Positions 28,038 to 41,428 of a DNA stretch of 64,000 nt are shown in pieces (position 1 is the first letter of the stretch; every line of letters starts with the position of its first letter). The notes under the pieces are model-generated. The model was given only the letters and a program-made list of their open reading frames with translations, ran no database searches and was not told where the DNA came from. The stretch is from Octopus vulgaris (Eukaryota): assembly GCA_951406725.2 (NCBI GenBank), contig OX597832.1, forward strand, positions 19,778,001 to 19,842,000. Direction: 5' to 3'. A program made the translations under genes and the position numbers.

Positions 28038-28250
28038 TCTTTCTCTTTTCTCTTGCACGTTCTCTCTGTGTTTCATTTTCCGTCTGTCTGTCTGTGTCGG
28101 AAGTATGCAGACAGCATATATATTGTATACATAATCAGACATATATTACGACTATTTACTATTAAATTTCCTATTTTGGTTATTTCTGCACTCACACACA
28201 CACACAAACACACACACACTCACACGCACACATATATATCTATATGTGTG

Positions 28251-28302
<52 letters not shown>

Positions 28303-28364
28303 CATATAAATGTTTACATATGTATATACATACATATATATATACATATATATACATACATAAC

Positions 28365-28401
<37 letters not shown>

Positions 28402-28486
28402 TATATGTATAATAACTACACCTCCCTTCTCACTTCCAACAACCTATTCTATTTCTGAAACTATCGCTTTGTGTTTGTTCATATGC

Positions 28487-28556
<70 letters not shown>

Positions 28557-28892
28557 GTATATATGTGTATATGTATATATATGTATATGCATAATATGTG
28601 CGTGTTTGTGTGTGTGTATGAATGCATGTATGTCTACGTGTGCGTGCGTGTCTGTGTGTGCATGTGAGTGTGCACTTGTCTGTCTATACCCTCCATATTT
28701 TGCATTAAAGGCACTTACATGATCATCTTACCATAAACGATGGTATGCAAACAAAGCTGTTGCACACTATAACAAATTCGTGTAGATTATTTCTTTTATT
28801 CACAAAAAATACGTTTTGATACATCCAACGATTTTACTGAAAATATTTTAGGTGTCTCCAAGACACCTAAAATTGAACCAAGACTATATTTT

Positions 28893-29346
28893 CTTTTCGA
28901 CTCAAGGCAGAATGCCCTAAATTTTGAGGAAGGGGGCTAGTCGATTAGATCTTCCCCAGTACGCAAGTGGCACTTAATTTATGGACCCCCGAGAGGATGA
29001 AATGCAAAATTCGACCACGGTAGAATTTGAACTCAGAACGTAAAGACGCTAAGCATTTCGCCCGGCGTGCTAACGTCTCTGCCAGCTCGCCGCCTTAGAA
29101 CATTAGAAATACATATTTCTTTACTACCTACAAGGGGCTAAACACAGAGGGGACAAACAAGGACGGACAAACGGATTAAGTCGATTACATCGACATCAGT
29201 GTGTAACTGGTACTTAATTTACCGACCCCGAAAGAATGAAAGGCAAAGTCGACCTCGGCGTAATTTGAACTCAGAACGTAGCGGCAGACGAAATACCGCA
29301 AGGCATTTCACCCGGTGTGCTAGCGATTCTGCCAGTTTGCCGTCTT
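28893..29346 (-). mobile_element. head-to-tail pair of SINE family A copies within one 16-bp TSD
   Basis: accaagactatatttt at 28877-28892 and 29347-29362. Confidence 0.9.
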
Positions 29347-29714
29347 ACCAAGACTATATTTTTGCCTGTCTACGTGTTTGACAGATATATGATCGTTATG
29401 TTGTAACAACATTTGAGATGAATACTTGAGAGTTTAAATCACACAAATGAAGAGATTCACCCGAGACTGTAATACAAGAGACGTATACATCATAGTTAAT
29501 TAACAGACTAACTGAAGTACCATTTGATATCAATCTATATAGATATGACATTACTACCTTTATAAATACTTCTATTTATAAAGGTAGTAATGTAGTAGTT
29601 TGAAGACCTAAGTATTGTAGCTTTTGCAAATCTATGTTGCACGCCATTTTATGTCTACCCAAATATATCGGGGGAAAAAGCCTTCGCAAGATATTCAAGG
29701 CATAAAGTAAATGT

Positions 29715-29949
29715 AAAGTTACCTTCGCGAGTCATGCAGACTCATAAAGGGCCGGTTTCCCGGTTTCCGTCTGTATAAATTGCCCCCACCGGGGGCAATG
29801 ATTACTCGTTTTTGACACCTGAGTAGACTGGAATAACGTGAAATAAAATGTTTTGCTCAAGAACACAACGTATCGCCAATCCAGGAATCGAAACCACAAT
29901 CTTACCATCATTAATCCCAAACCGTAAATACTAAGCCACCCACCTCCAC
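29715..29949 (-). mobile_element. SINE with family C head and alternative tail
   Basis: ttgctcaagaacacaacg...ccaggaatcgaaaccacaatcttaccatca...ctaagccac.c.cctcc; similar head and tail to 59105-59352. Confidence 0.8.
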
Positions 29950-30606
29950 ATATTCAATACATCTGGATTCACGGTTCGGCATTGAAACAAATACGTTCTT
30001 CCATGAATTTTCTCTATAATTTTTCTTCTTGTCGGGAAGGAGAGAAGCTAGTGTCCATGACCCTTTACAAGGCTTCCAAGAATGGTGTGAAGCACAAATT
30101 GTGGTATACGTTAACGGAAAAACAGGGCTCGAATGCATGACACCTAAGTTTCCAGAGCGTGGTGTTAAAACACGTGGTGGGGTAAATACTAACACCCATT
30201 TACGTCTTGTAGGCATTTGTTGTACTTCAACACAGAATGCAAATAGGTGGAAAGTTATCTGAAAGAATCTCATCTGCCGTTGTTAACGTGCCCCCATTCT
30301 AGCTCCCTAGCACGGTAATTTTGTATCAAAGGCAAATCGCACCTCGGTGAGATCTTAACTCGTAGTGCAGAGGGTTGGAACAAATTCCTCAAAGGCATTA
30401 TGACCATCGCAATGAGGACCGTCAGTTCATCGAGAAAATCCGCTTTTGAGAAGTACTTGACGTTGACTTTTGTAGTCAGTCCCATTTGGAAAATAACGTG
30501 TGATATGTAACAGTGTGGAACTGAGAAAGACGGAATTGAGAGAGAAAAATACAAATTTTTGGATTTGGTTTGCAAGATTCTTTATGTGAGTTCGTGTGTT
30601 GAAGTA

Positions 30607-30757
30607 TATTCTGTTGTGTCTGGGGAGAGTCATATTTTGTGCCATATAATTTAACACACTCACCGGTAAAATTAGAAAGAAGCGGAAATTTTACCGGTGA
30701 GTGTGTTAAATTATAAGGCACAAAAAGAAAATGACTCTCCCCAGACACAACAGAATA
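30607..30757. repeat. fold-back inverted repeat, arms about 67-71 bp, 13-nt spacer
   Basis: 30607-30673 is the reverse complement of 30687-30757 apart from one small indel and a substitution or two. Confidence 0.92.
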
Positions 30758-30809
30758 CAAACCATGTTAGGGGAAAATTATTGATTTCAGATTCTGGAAC
30801 AGTGCCAGC

Positions 30810-30995
30810 AATTTCAGGGGATAGGTTAAGTTGATTACATAGACCCCAATGTTCAACTGGTCCTTATTTTATCAGCTATAAATGAATGAAAGGCAAAGTC
30901 GATCCCGGTGGAATTTGAACTCACAACATAAAAACAGACGAAATACCGCTAAGTATTTTGTTCAGTGTACTAACGATTCTGCTGGCTGGCCGCTT
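30810..30995 (-). mobile_element. SINE family A
   Basis: gaatgaaaggcaaagtcgatcccggtggaatttgaactca...aacgattctgctggctggccgc. Confidence 0.85.
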
Positions 30996-31114
30996 TGTTA
31001 GGTAAAATGATTGAAGCCAAAGCATCTAGATATGTAGTTGTATGTGTCTTCAGGGTCGGATTGCTACCCATCGTAGTGTCGTGCCCCACTCCTTGAACGA
31101 ATTTCATGGTTTTT

Positions 31115-31452
31115 AGGCAGGTTCAGTGGTTGAAGCGTCGAGCTCACAATCATGAATTAGTGATTTCAATTCTCGGACTGGGCTTTGTGTTGTGTTCTTG
31201 AGCAAGACACTTTACTTGACGTTGCTCCAGTTCCCTCAGCTGTAGAAATATATCGCGACGTCAATGATGCCAAACTGTATCAGCCTTTGCCTTTCCACTG
31301 GAAAACATCTTTGGCTTCGAGAATAAAGGCTGATAAGCATGGGCGACTGTTCGTCCCCCATAAACGACATTGCTCGAACTTGTGCTTCGGAGGGTAAGCT
31401 TCTAGTTGCAATCCCATGTACATTCATGACTGAAAGGGGTCTTTACTCCTTA
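31115..31452 (+). mobile_element. SINE family C
   Basis: Collinear with 18826-19160. Confidence 0.88.
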
Positions 31453-31847
31453 CACTATGTCAAGGATCATTCACGGTTTCTGCGGCTTTTCACCTAGGCG
31501 ATATCGTTACTGAATATCATTGTATGAAAGTAATTATAAAGCTTATGATACACAAACAAACATATTGATATACATGGGAAAATATAAACATACATACATA
31601 TTTCTGCGTGCGCGTGCGTTGTGGATGTGTGTGTGTTTCTATGCGTGTGTGTATGTGCGTGTTTATATATTTATCTATTTACATAGTCACTTTATAAAAA
31701 GATAGATAGGTAGATATATATATATATATATAGATACAAAGATACACCTTTTCTGCATATATATATATAACCACATATACAGAAACAAATACATGCGTAT
31801 AAATGTATATATATATACATGTATATATATATATATATATAAACTAA

Positions 31848-31879
<32 letters not shown>

Positions 31880-32047
31880 CATATATACATATATATATAT
31901 ATACATATATATATATACACACATACATATATATATACACATATATATATACATATACATATTTATATATAAATATAAATGTATATATATACATACATGA
32001 ATACATATATATATATATATATATATGTATGTATATGTATATATAAA

Positions 32048-32111
<64 letters not shown>

Positions 32112-32623
32112 TAATATATATGAACATATATTAGCTTAGGTGTATCGAAGCAAGTATGTGTTTATATGTGTAAGCTTATCTTTGTCCGTCTGCTTCCGAT
32201 TAGCATACGCATACCGATATATGAAAAAAAAAATATTAAAAAAATGTCGATCTGAATCGAGTCCATTCAAATATTTGTCAGAATTTCTTTCTTCATCGAT
32301 TGACATCAATTGATAGATTTTTATTACATTGAACATTATCTTGAATAGAGGTATATTTTGTTTTTCTTATTGTCGTGTTTATTGTTGTTGTTTTTTTACT
32401 ATTGTTGTGTCTTTATTCCTATATTGTCTGTTGTTTTTCTTGATATTTTTTTTCTCAATAAACAAAAACAAAAACAAAAACAAAACAAAAAAAGAAAGAA
32501 AATATACAAGTAATAAACATAGCTGTATAACTCAATATTGTTATTGTTATAAACAACTGTTGATATAAAGTACTGGAAAGCTTTCTGTGTTTGTTGTTGT
32601 TACTTTTGAAATTATACGTGTAG

Positions 32624-32761
<138 letters not shown>

Positions 32762-33084
32762 GGATGAAAGATAGATAGATAGATAGATACACATAATAAC
32801 ATATATATATATATATACATGTATATTTGTATGTATGCATTTAAGTGAATATATATGTATGTGCGTATGTATATATAGACGAATGTACGGACATATATAA
32901 CTATATGCATATATATGCAAATACACACACATAGATATAAAGATTAGATAGATGAATAGGATATAAATTTAGACATACGTACACACGCACACACACACAC
33001 ACATATATGCACACACATATATGCACACACATATTTGCACACATATACATACCGACACACAGGAACACACACACACACACACAG

Positions 33085-33122
<38 letters not shown>

Positions 33123-33315
33123 GAGATAAAAGATACAGTCACATTTATATTCGCACACTGCTACACAGGTAGATATCCATATATGAACATATTCATACAT
33201 ATACAATTTTTATGTATGTATATATATGTGTGTGTATTTTATATATATGTATATATGTATATATATAAATATACGTATATGTATATATATGCATATATGT
33301 ATATATATATATGCC

Positions 33316-33369
<54 letters not shown>

Positions 33370-33687
33370 CACACTCATATATATATATATATACATATAT
33401 ATTTCTATAGTCATAAAGCAATGTAAATAATTTTGACAATAAATATATGAAAATTAAAAGTAAATATATAGTATTGTGTATATAAGGATATTGTGCCTTA
33501 CATATATAACACAGTGCGTCGGATTTAAGATAGTATATCACTTAGAACATAGAGTATCGCTTAACGTTTGCTTCTCATCTGATAAGCACCGCAACGTTTG
33601 AAGTAAAATGATCATTTTTTTTCACTTACTATAGTAATATTTTTAACAAAACATGCATGAAAAATACATCTACACACATTTTATACA

Positions 33688-33795
<108 letters not shown>

Positions 33796-33812
33796 CATAT
33801 ATATATACATAT

Positions 33813-33851
<39 letters not shown>

Positions 33852-33976
33852 GATAAATAGATAGAGAGATAGAGATAGCTAAAAAAATCATATATTCATA
33901 TATCTTTCTGTCTACGCTTATATATGTAACACATATAGACGCGTTTGTACAGTACATACGTATATGCGATTATATA

Positions 33977-34019
<43 letters not shown>

Positions 34020-34623
34020 GCGTGCGTATGTGTGTGTGTGTACATGCATATGTATATATATATATATACATATACGTATATTTATATATTTATATATAAA
34101 TGTCTATCTATGTATATATGTATGTATGTATGTATGTAAGTATGTATGTATGTATGTATGTATGTATGTATGTATGTATGTATGTATGTATGTATGTATG
34201 TATGTATGTGTATTGGAAGTGTCTAAGGGAGTGCCCTGATAACGTTGTCCATCATTCTCAGATAATAATCGTAAATGAAATAATAAAATAGTACAAATGT
34301 GGTTTGATTCTGTCAATCCGATTTTTGCTTTCTGATTTCACATATACACTACGATACGATAACATATGCAAACACACTTACATACACAAGCACACTTACG
34401 CATACACAGATTCATACCTCTATTTACATACAGTCACACATATGCTCACATACACACACATGCAAGCACATTCGTAATGGTTATTTTATTCCGTGTATTT
34501 TTTTTATTGCATTCTGCATCAATTGTAGTTTCTTTGATATGGTGTTTCTTTTTCATTTCTTATCTCCTTCAGCAGCATATTACACACATACTCACACTCC
34601 CTCAGAAAAATATATTAAACACA

Positions 34624-34661
<38 letters not shown>

Positions 34662-34822
34662 TACATCCATACGTATTCAAGCACATATCTAAGCAAACAC
34701 CTCTACACAGATTATCTTTTAAAAACTGTACATATGTGGGCTTGTGCGCATATATATATATATATATATATATATGAATATGTATATATATGCATATATA
34801 TGAACATATGTATATTTATATT

Positions 34823-34862
<40 letters not shown>

Positions 34863-35837
34863 TATATGGATGGATAGATAGATGAATGTATGAATGGATG
34901 GATGTGCGTATGTGTGTGTATATACATTCACACACTCACGCACACACACATATATGTATATAAACATATAGCATATTTATACAATGTAATGGTTTTCTAT
35001 TAGGATGTAGTTCTGCTTTCATGCATGTTTATGTGAATGTAAGAGTGAACGTATGCATGCGTGCATGTATGTATACGTGCCTATACACATACGTATATAT
35101 ATATATATATATATATATATACGTGTGCGTATGTGTTGATTGTTATATACATTCTGCCTCTTTTGACAATATCAGAGAAACGCCAATATACTGTTTCACT
35201 TGGAAGTGATAGGTTTGACAATTATCTATGGAATATCATAGATATCTGCCGGAATTTAGCAGAAAATATCTCATAACGTGTTATTACTGATAGTCCTATT
35301 ATTCTTAATCTGTTTATTTACTTCTTTTATACATAGTTAATTCCTTGTTTGTTCCTACAATCTTATAAACCCGCACTCAGACTCACGCACATATGTATGC
35401 ATATATACGTATGCGTGTGTTTGCGTGTATATATTTTTATAAGTTTTACAGACACTGATCTTACTTCTCGCAGTGTTTTCTGTCTAGTGCTCTGTGCTTC
35501 ATTGGAAAGAACCGCAATGCAGAACTGATCCAATCCCGTTGTTGCAATCTATGCTGGGTTGGAATCATAAAATTACACCATTACTTTTCAGAACCTCTTG
35601 CAATGTAAAAATTATAATTTTTTTCATGAAGTATACCGTAGATCCCAGCATGGAATTAGCACATAGAATAATCCCGAAAAAAAATGGGAACCAAGTGTTA
35701 TTATTCCCTTGCCAATATTTTTGGAGATTAGTTCAGTATGCGAATTGAAGTAGAAAATTCCGCCAGTTTACCAGGCTTCGTTTAAGACATTTCTACAGTT
35801 AATCATCCACAACCTGTCACACAACGCGATATGTTGT

Positions 35838-35861
35838 ATTATTATTATTATTATTATTATT

Positions 35862-35897
<36 letters not shown>

Positions 35898-35965
35898 AAT
35901 GTTGTTGTTATTATTATTAACATCATCATCATTATTATTATTATCATTATTATTATTATAATTAT

Positions 35966-35996
<31 letters not shown>

Positions 35997-36079
35997 ATCA
36001 TTATTATCATTATTATTATTATTATTATTATTATTGTTATTGTTGTTATTGTTGTTAATATTATTATTATTATTATTAT

Positions 36080-36152
<73 letters not shown>
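35838..36152. repeat. compound (ATT)n/(GTT)n array
   Basis: Directly visible. Confidence 0.96.
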
Positions 36153-36155
<3 letters not shown>

Positions 36156-36325
36156 GGCAGAATCGTTAGCGCGCCGGACGAAATGCTTAGCGGTATTTCG
36201 CCTGTTGCTACGTTCTGAGTTCAGATTCCGCCGATGTCGACTTTGCCTTTGGTCCTTTCGGTTATGCACTGGGGTCGATGTGATCGACTACCCCACTCCC
36301 TACAAAATCCAGGCCTTGTACCTTC
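36153..36325 (+). mobile_element. SINE family A
   Basis: ggcagaatcgttagcgcgccggacgaaatgcttagcggtatttcg...gttctgagttcagattccgccga. Confidence 0.88.
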
Positions 36326-36327
36326 AT

Positions 36328-36540
36328 TTCCTTTGCACAGCTTCTAACGCTGGAGATGTACTACGGTGTCAGCTTTTCACCACCAGTAAACTAACGAGCG
36401 GTTCCAAGCAGTGCTGTTTTCTGCAAGTGCTCCACCCACACTGCAGCCCCTATTTGTTCCATGTACTTCTCGAGATTTTTACTCACTGTTCCCAGGGCTC
36501 CAACAATTATTGGTACTATTACCATCTTTTTCCTCGACCA

Positions 36541-36541
<1 letters not shown>
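36328..36541 (-). mobile_element. 3' end of a restriction-like-endonuclease non-LTR retrotransposon (R4/Dong/NeSL-like), 5'-truncated
   Basis: Minus translation WSRKKMVIVPIIVGALGTVSKNLEKYMEQIGAAVWVEHLQKTALLGTAR, the typical VPIVIGALG...LQKxxLLGTARI C-terminus; abuts (AAT)n. Confidence 0.85.
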
Positions 36542-36639
<98 letters not shown>

Positions 36640-37164
36640 GTTATTGTTGTTGTTATTATTATTATTATCATCATCATTATTATTATTATTTTTATTATCA
36701 TTATTATTAGTTTGTATCCCAGTTACAGGAAATGAGGTAATACTGAAAGTGGTATCTGTGTTCAGTATTCATACACCTTACCACTAAGGAATTCACAACC
36801 ACTGACAAGCAGTTCTCATTATTATAATGCTTTGTACTACCATTTTCTCTATTCCTCCTTATCATGAGAATGTAATTGCCATTGAGATGTGCAAGAAGTT
36901 TGTCAGTTAACACGGAGAGTAGAAAATATGTCGTACTCTCTTCATGATAATTTGGAAGACATTTGTGACATGGAAGTGAATGTATGAATAGCAGAGGGAA
37001 AATTTTTGATAGGATATAAGCTAAAACAACTCCAGCATACTAGAAATTTCTACACCTGTACAATATTATCCTCAGGCACCGAAAGCATTTTGATTGTAAA
37101 TCGACAGTTTTACAAACGATTGTGAAAGTTGAATGTTAAATGAAGATACATACATATAGACATA

Positions 37165-37670
37165 CCTTAAATCCTCGAGTATAATCCGCATATTTTTCCC
37201 AAAATTTAAAGGTCAAGATACCTAGTGCGTACTCTATACGAGGTTAAAAATGAAAAGTATTTTCTAAGCAATGCTCGAGTCTCTATTTGCTGTCCGGAAA
37301 TGTTTATTCAGACGCATTTTGTGATGTCGGGCGCGAAAATACCTTAAACTAAACCAGAAAGCAATGAAGTCATAAAAGAATCATCCATAACTTGCAGTAA
37401 GCAACATTTATTAAAATAATAATATTCAGAACACAGAATAGCATGTAACAAAACAATTTGCAGACATATTTACATTCACATATAACAATTAAAAACATCA
37501 CCATTATTGTATTACTTTGTTCGACTTGGTGCTGCTGGCTTAATTATGCACGACTCAAGTTAAATAAGGAGTGCGTATTATAGACAAGGTTTAGGCTTTT
37601 CAGAGGTACATCTCCCTAAAAAAAACCTTCGTATTTTACTCAAGGTCGGACTATACTCGAGGATTTACGT
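37165..37670. mobile_element. Tc1/pogo-type MITE
   Basis: TIRs ccttaaatcctcgagtataatccg / cggactatactcgaggatttacgt with TA on both sides. Confidence 0.9.
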
Positions 37671-37674
37671 TAAG

Positions 37675-37788
37675 GGTGCACGTGTCTGTGGAGTGCTCAG
37701 CCACTTACACGTTAATTTCACGAGCAGGCTGTTCCATTGATTCGGATCAACCAGAACCCTCATCGTCGTAACCGACGGAGTGCTTCAA
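37675..37788 (+). mobile_element. isolated SINE/LINE 3' tail
   Basis: ctcagccacttacacgttaatttcacgagcaggct...; reverse homologue in the tail of 55385-55660. Confidence 0.7.
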
Positions 37789-37794
37789 GATACA

Positions 37795-38078
37795 CAATAA
37801 AATCTCTTTTTACGAATTTAATTCGTTTCAGAAGAGCGTTCGTCATGCGAAATGTTCGTAAGCCGAAATAATTTTTTCGTACGAAAATTATGTGATCGGA
37901 ACGAAAGCTGGACAGAAAGTGACAATCTCGCACTAATATTTTGAGCTTGTTGCCAACTATAACTGCCGGCTTGCGAGTTCGCTCTTCTAAGAAACCATTC
38001 GTTATGCCAACAATGTTCAAAACGTTCGTAAACCGATTCGCTCTCGGTAAGAGGTGTTCGTAAACAGAGATTCCACTG
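37795..38078. mobile_element. Tigger/pogo-like MITE
   Basis: Right end ttcgtaaacagagattccactg+TA; degenerate left end caataaaatctctttttacgaa; internal repeated ttcgt motifs. Confidence 0.75.
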
Positions 38079-39302
38079 TATGACTGGGAGCGTGTGCGTA
38101 TACGTGCGTACGCGTGTGTGTGGGTGTGCGTGCTGTGTGTAAGTGTGCGTACGTATGTATGTTTGTGTATGAATGTGAGTGCACGTTACTGTTAATTATG
38201 AATATACATAAAGTTAGTTTTAATTACGTGAAATTCCAATTTTGAGCAGATAATTCTGTTTCCATGTAGCGATTCTGAAACTAAATTTTCTCAGGCTTGA
38301 GGCATCATCATCATCGTAATCATCATCATCAGCTGCAGCAGCAGCAGCAACAGGAAGAGCACCACAGTCACCACGACTATCACCACCATCACCACCACCA
38401 CCACCATCATTATCAACAGCAGCAGGTCCACCACTACCACCGCCACCATTGCCACCACCGCCACCACAGCAACCACCACCACCACCACTACCACCATCAC
38501 CACATCACCAACGTTATCATCATCATCATCATCATCATTATTACCAACATCGGAAGCAGCAGCAGCAGCATTGCAGTCCTTATCATGATCATCAACATCA
38601 TCATAATCATCCTCCACCAATATCATTACCCGCTTCATCATCTGCACCACCATCCTCATCACCACCACCACCATGGCCGTCACCGTCCTCACAATACTCG
38701 CATCTCCAAATATTCATCATCAACTTAATCGTCATTACAATTATCATTATAATTTTCCTTGAAATTAATTCCACTACCAATGTCAAAATATATAATGAAT
38801 AATAATTTATAGACGAATAATAAATAACGAATGGATTATTATTATTATTATTATTATTAATAATAATGATTATCATCGTTGTTGATGTTGTTGTTGTTGT
38901 TATCAGCTATATATATAATTTTTATCCTCATCCTCATCAATATGATTAGCAACATTTTTATTATTATTACAATTAACATTGTTGAATATTAAATATGTGC
39001 AATAAGAGATATCAGTATTTTTTGTAGACATTATTATCTTAATTCCGCTTAATTTATTTAATTATTACAATTAATTATTCATTTCTCAATCTTCCATTCA
39101 TATTTAGTGATCATTCTAGCTCTTCTGAGATGAGAATTTTGCTTACGATAATCAGTTTAAGGTTTCCCCCGGCTGAAATATTAAGATACCATTGGATAAG
39201 TTCTTATTTCACATAATAATACGTGCAATATTACCCTATTCAACTTTATATCAATATTCCTCCTCCCTTTGTTACTCCCCTTCTTTTCCAGTACCTTCTG
39301 CT

Positions 39303-39378
<76 letters not shown>

Positions 39379-39519
39379 CAATGAAGTAATGTTTTCATAG
39401 TCGGCCTAGAAATAGCTAGAAATAGTACCCAAATCCTACCAAAATCATATAACGGAAGTCTTCAGAAAGACTGCTGCTGAGTAAGATTGCAGTATGACAT
39501 TGGTAACGTGTACATAGAT

Positions 39520-39885
39520 GCAATCTACTTTTCTGTCCCCGCTCTCTATTTTGTATCATATCTAAACTAACTATTATTTAACTATCCTCTTACACCTCCG
39601 ATGAAGGAATATAATAAATATCCTGGAAACAGCTGTAAGACCTTCTATCTATAAATGTTCTAAAACTACTCAGCCTTGGCATTTTTTTATCTCATTACGA
39701 AAAAAAATTATATATACACACGCTGACATATAACCAACTTTGAACCCCTTATTCGCAAAATCATCGAACCTGGAACTTAACTATGCTCTATCTATAACAC
39801 TTATTCATCATTACCTGACACTTTTGGGTCTCATTGACACAATTACCTCTCATAACCTCCTATATACTAATTATATGAATACTAA
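39520..39885 (+). mobile_element. Penelope-type terminal region with minimal hammerhead-like motif
   Basis: CCGATGA-agga(a)tat aataa atatcct-g-GAAA-cagctg-TA at 39598-39637. PLE assignment is inferred from the motif. Confidence 0.5.
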
Positions 39886-40470
39886 AAAAAACACAAGAGT
39901 GTTTCTACTTCGTGGATTTTCACCTATTGTGGGGGTTTTGGGACATACACCCGCGATAGTCGAAGGATTACAGTAGTTGCTTACTAATCAAAAATGATTC
40001 TAATTACTTCGAATTTTCTTTCTTCATCACTCCGAAAATCGAATATCAAAACTGTAAACTGTTCCAATTTCTTACGTGCAACTCAAACAGTTGCTGGAAT
40101 TTTTATAAACACTGGCGGCGGAAATGTTGGTGGTATTATTAAGGATGGTTATGGAAGGAAATAACACACGGTTAGTATATAATTGTCTTCATAAATACTC
40201 TTGTGAGTCATGCAAAAATATCCATCTGCAAAGGAAGGGATAGTTTTCATGCATAGTATGTTGAGCAAGTTCTTTCATATTTCGTAAAACAGTTAGTCTT
40301 TTATGTCCCAAGGTACAAAGGCATTTTCATTAAATTTTCAGAATTCTCGCATACACGCCTCCTCCACTTCGTTGGAATTTTTGTGGTACACTTGATAATA
40401 ATGCTACATATTTGTTTGTTTTTTTGTTGCTCTCAATGACTTTTTTTTCCTCACAAATTCAGACGTACAC

Positions 40471-41276
40471 GATCGCATATGAACCCGCAAACAAAACACG
40501 AACACAAATAAAATCTCAGTCACACGAACACACTCATACACTTATAGATATACATAGAAGACAAATTAAATCCGACATGCCCCACAGCGTGGTTATGTCT
40601 TTGCATTCTTCCTAAACCTAGTCGCAGTTACTTCCACTCGAACACCTTCGTATGCTCGCGATACTGTCTTTCACAAGACATTCAAAAAATTTCTCACGCA
40701 GGCGTCATCTACACTCAGCCTAGACATCTTTGGCAGACATTAGCTGCATTTGAGAACAAAAACCTTGAAAATGTGCGCTAATGGAGACATGATTGCCTGG
40801 CCTCCCTCCATAGCACAAAAGACATCACCACAAACTTCAAATAAATATGATTACAATGAAATAGCGAAGTACCAACTCAATTCGGTCGGTTAACTCGCTA
40901 GAAATAGCAGCCAAGTGTAATGCATATCACAAAGATTGTGACAACAGATAATGGAGACTGTAACAGGTGTGAAAAAAAAGGGGAAAAACTTTACTCATAA
41001 GTCCTTACAAAGACTGACCGAAGGCTAAATAAATATAGAAACTATGATAACTAAGCTTGGTAGTCATAACTGACCCCATTAGAAGTAACGCATCTGATAA
41101 TGCATCCATAGATACAGGGTGTTCTAATAAAGGCGTAAGTGGAAATGGACGTAACCACGCTGTGGGGCATGTCGGATTTAATTTGTCTTCTATGTATATC
41201 TATAAGTGTATGAGTGTGTTCGTGTGACTGAGATTTTATTTGTGTTCGTGTTTTGTTTGCGGGTTCATATGCGATC
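40471..41276. repeat. 129-bp inverted duplication (40471-40599 / 41148-41276) around a 548-bp spacer
   Basis: Base-by-base comparison: 128 of 129 identical. The ORF track shows the same peptide on both strands. Confidence 0.97.
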
Positions 41277-41428
41277 TGGCCATTTATGGTCATTTATAAA
41301 TACTTAAACGTAGTTCTATATGTCTTAGTCAGTTCAGGTTTTTGAGCATTTCTTTATATGGTAGTGCGTGGATGCACACGCACATACACTCATACACACA
41401 TATACGTGATTGTATATATATATATATA

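Noticed and set aside
33580-33602. ctgataagcaccgcaacgttt, similar to a minimal hammerhead
   Set aside because: Both conserved boxes are broken and there is no PLE context.
38291-38876. His/Gln/Pro-rich ORFs resembling a transcription-factor low-complexity region
   Set aside because: Pure degenerate CAT/CAC/CAG triplet field open in several frames on both strands; no domain or convincing splice boundaries.
40330-40395. Minus peptide QRSGGGVYARI resembling a LINE endonuclease RGGGV motif
   Set aside because: Single short motif without supporting downstream motifs.
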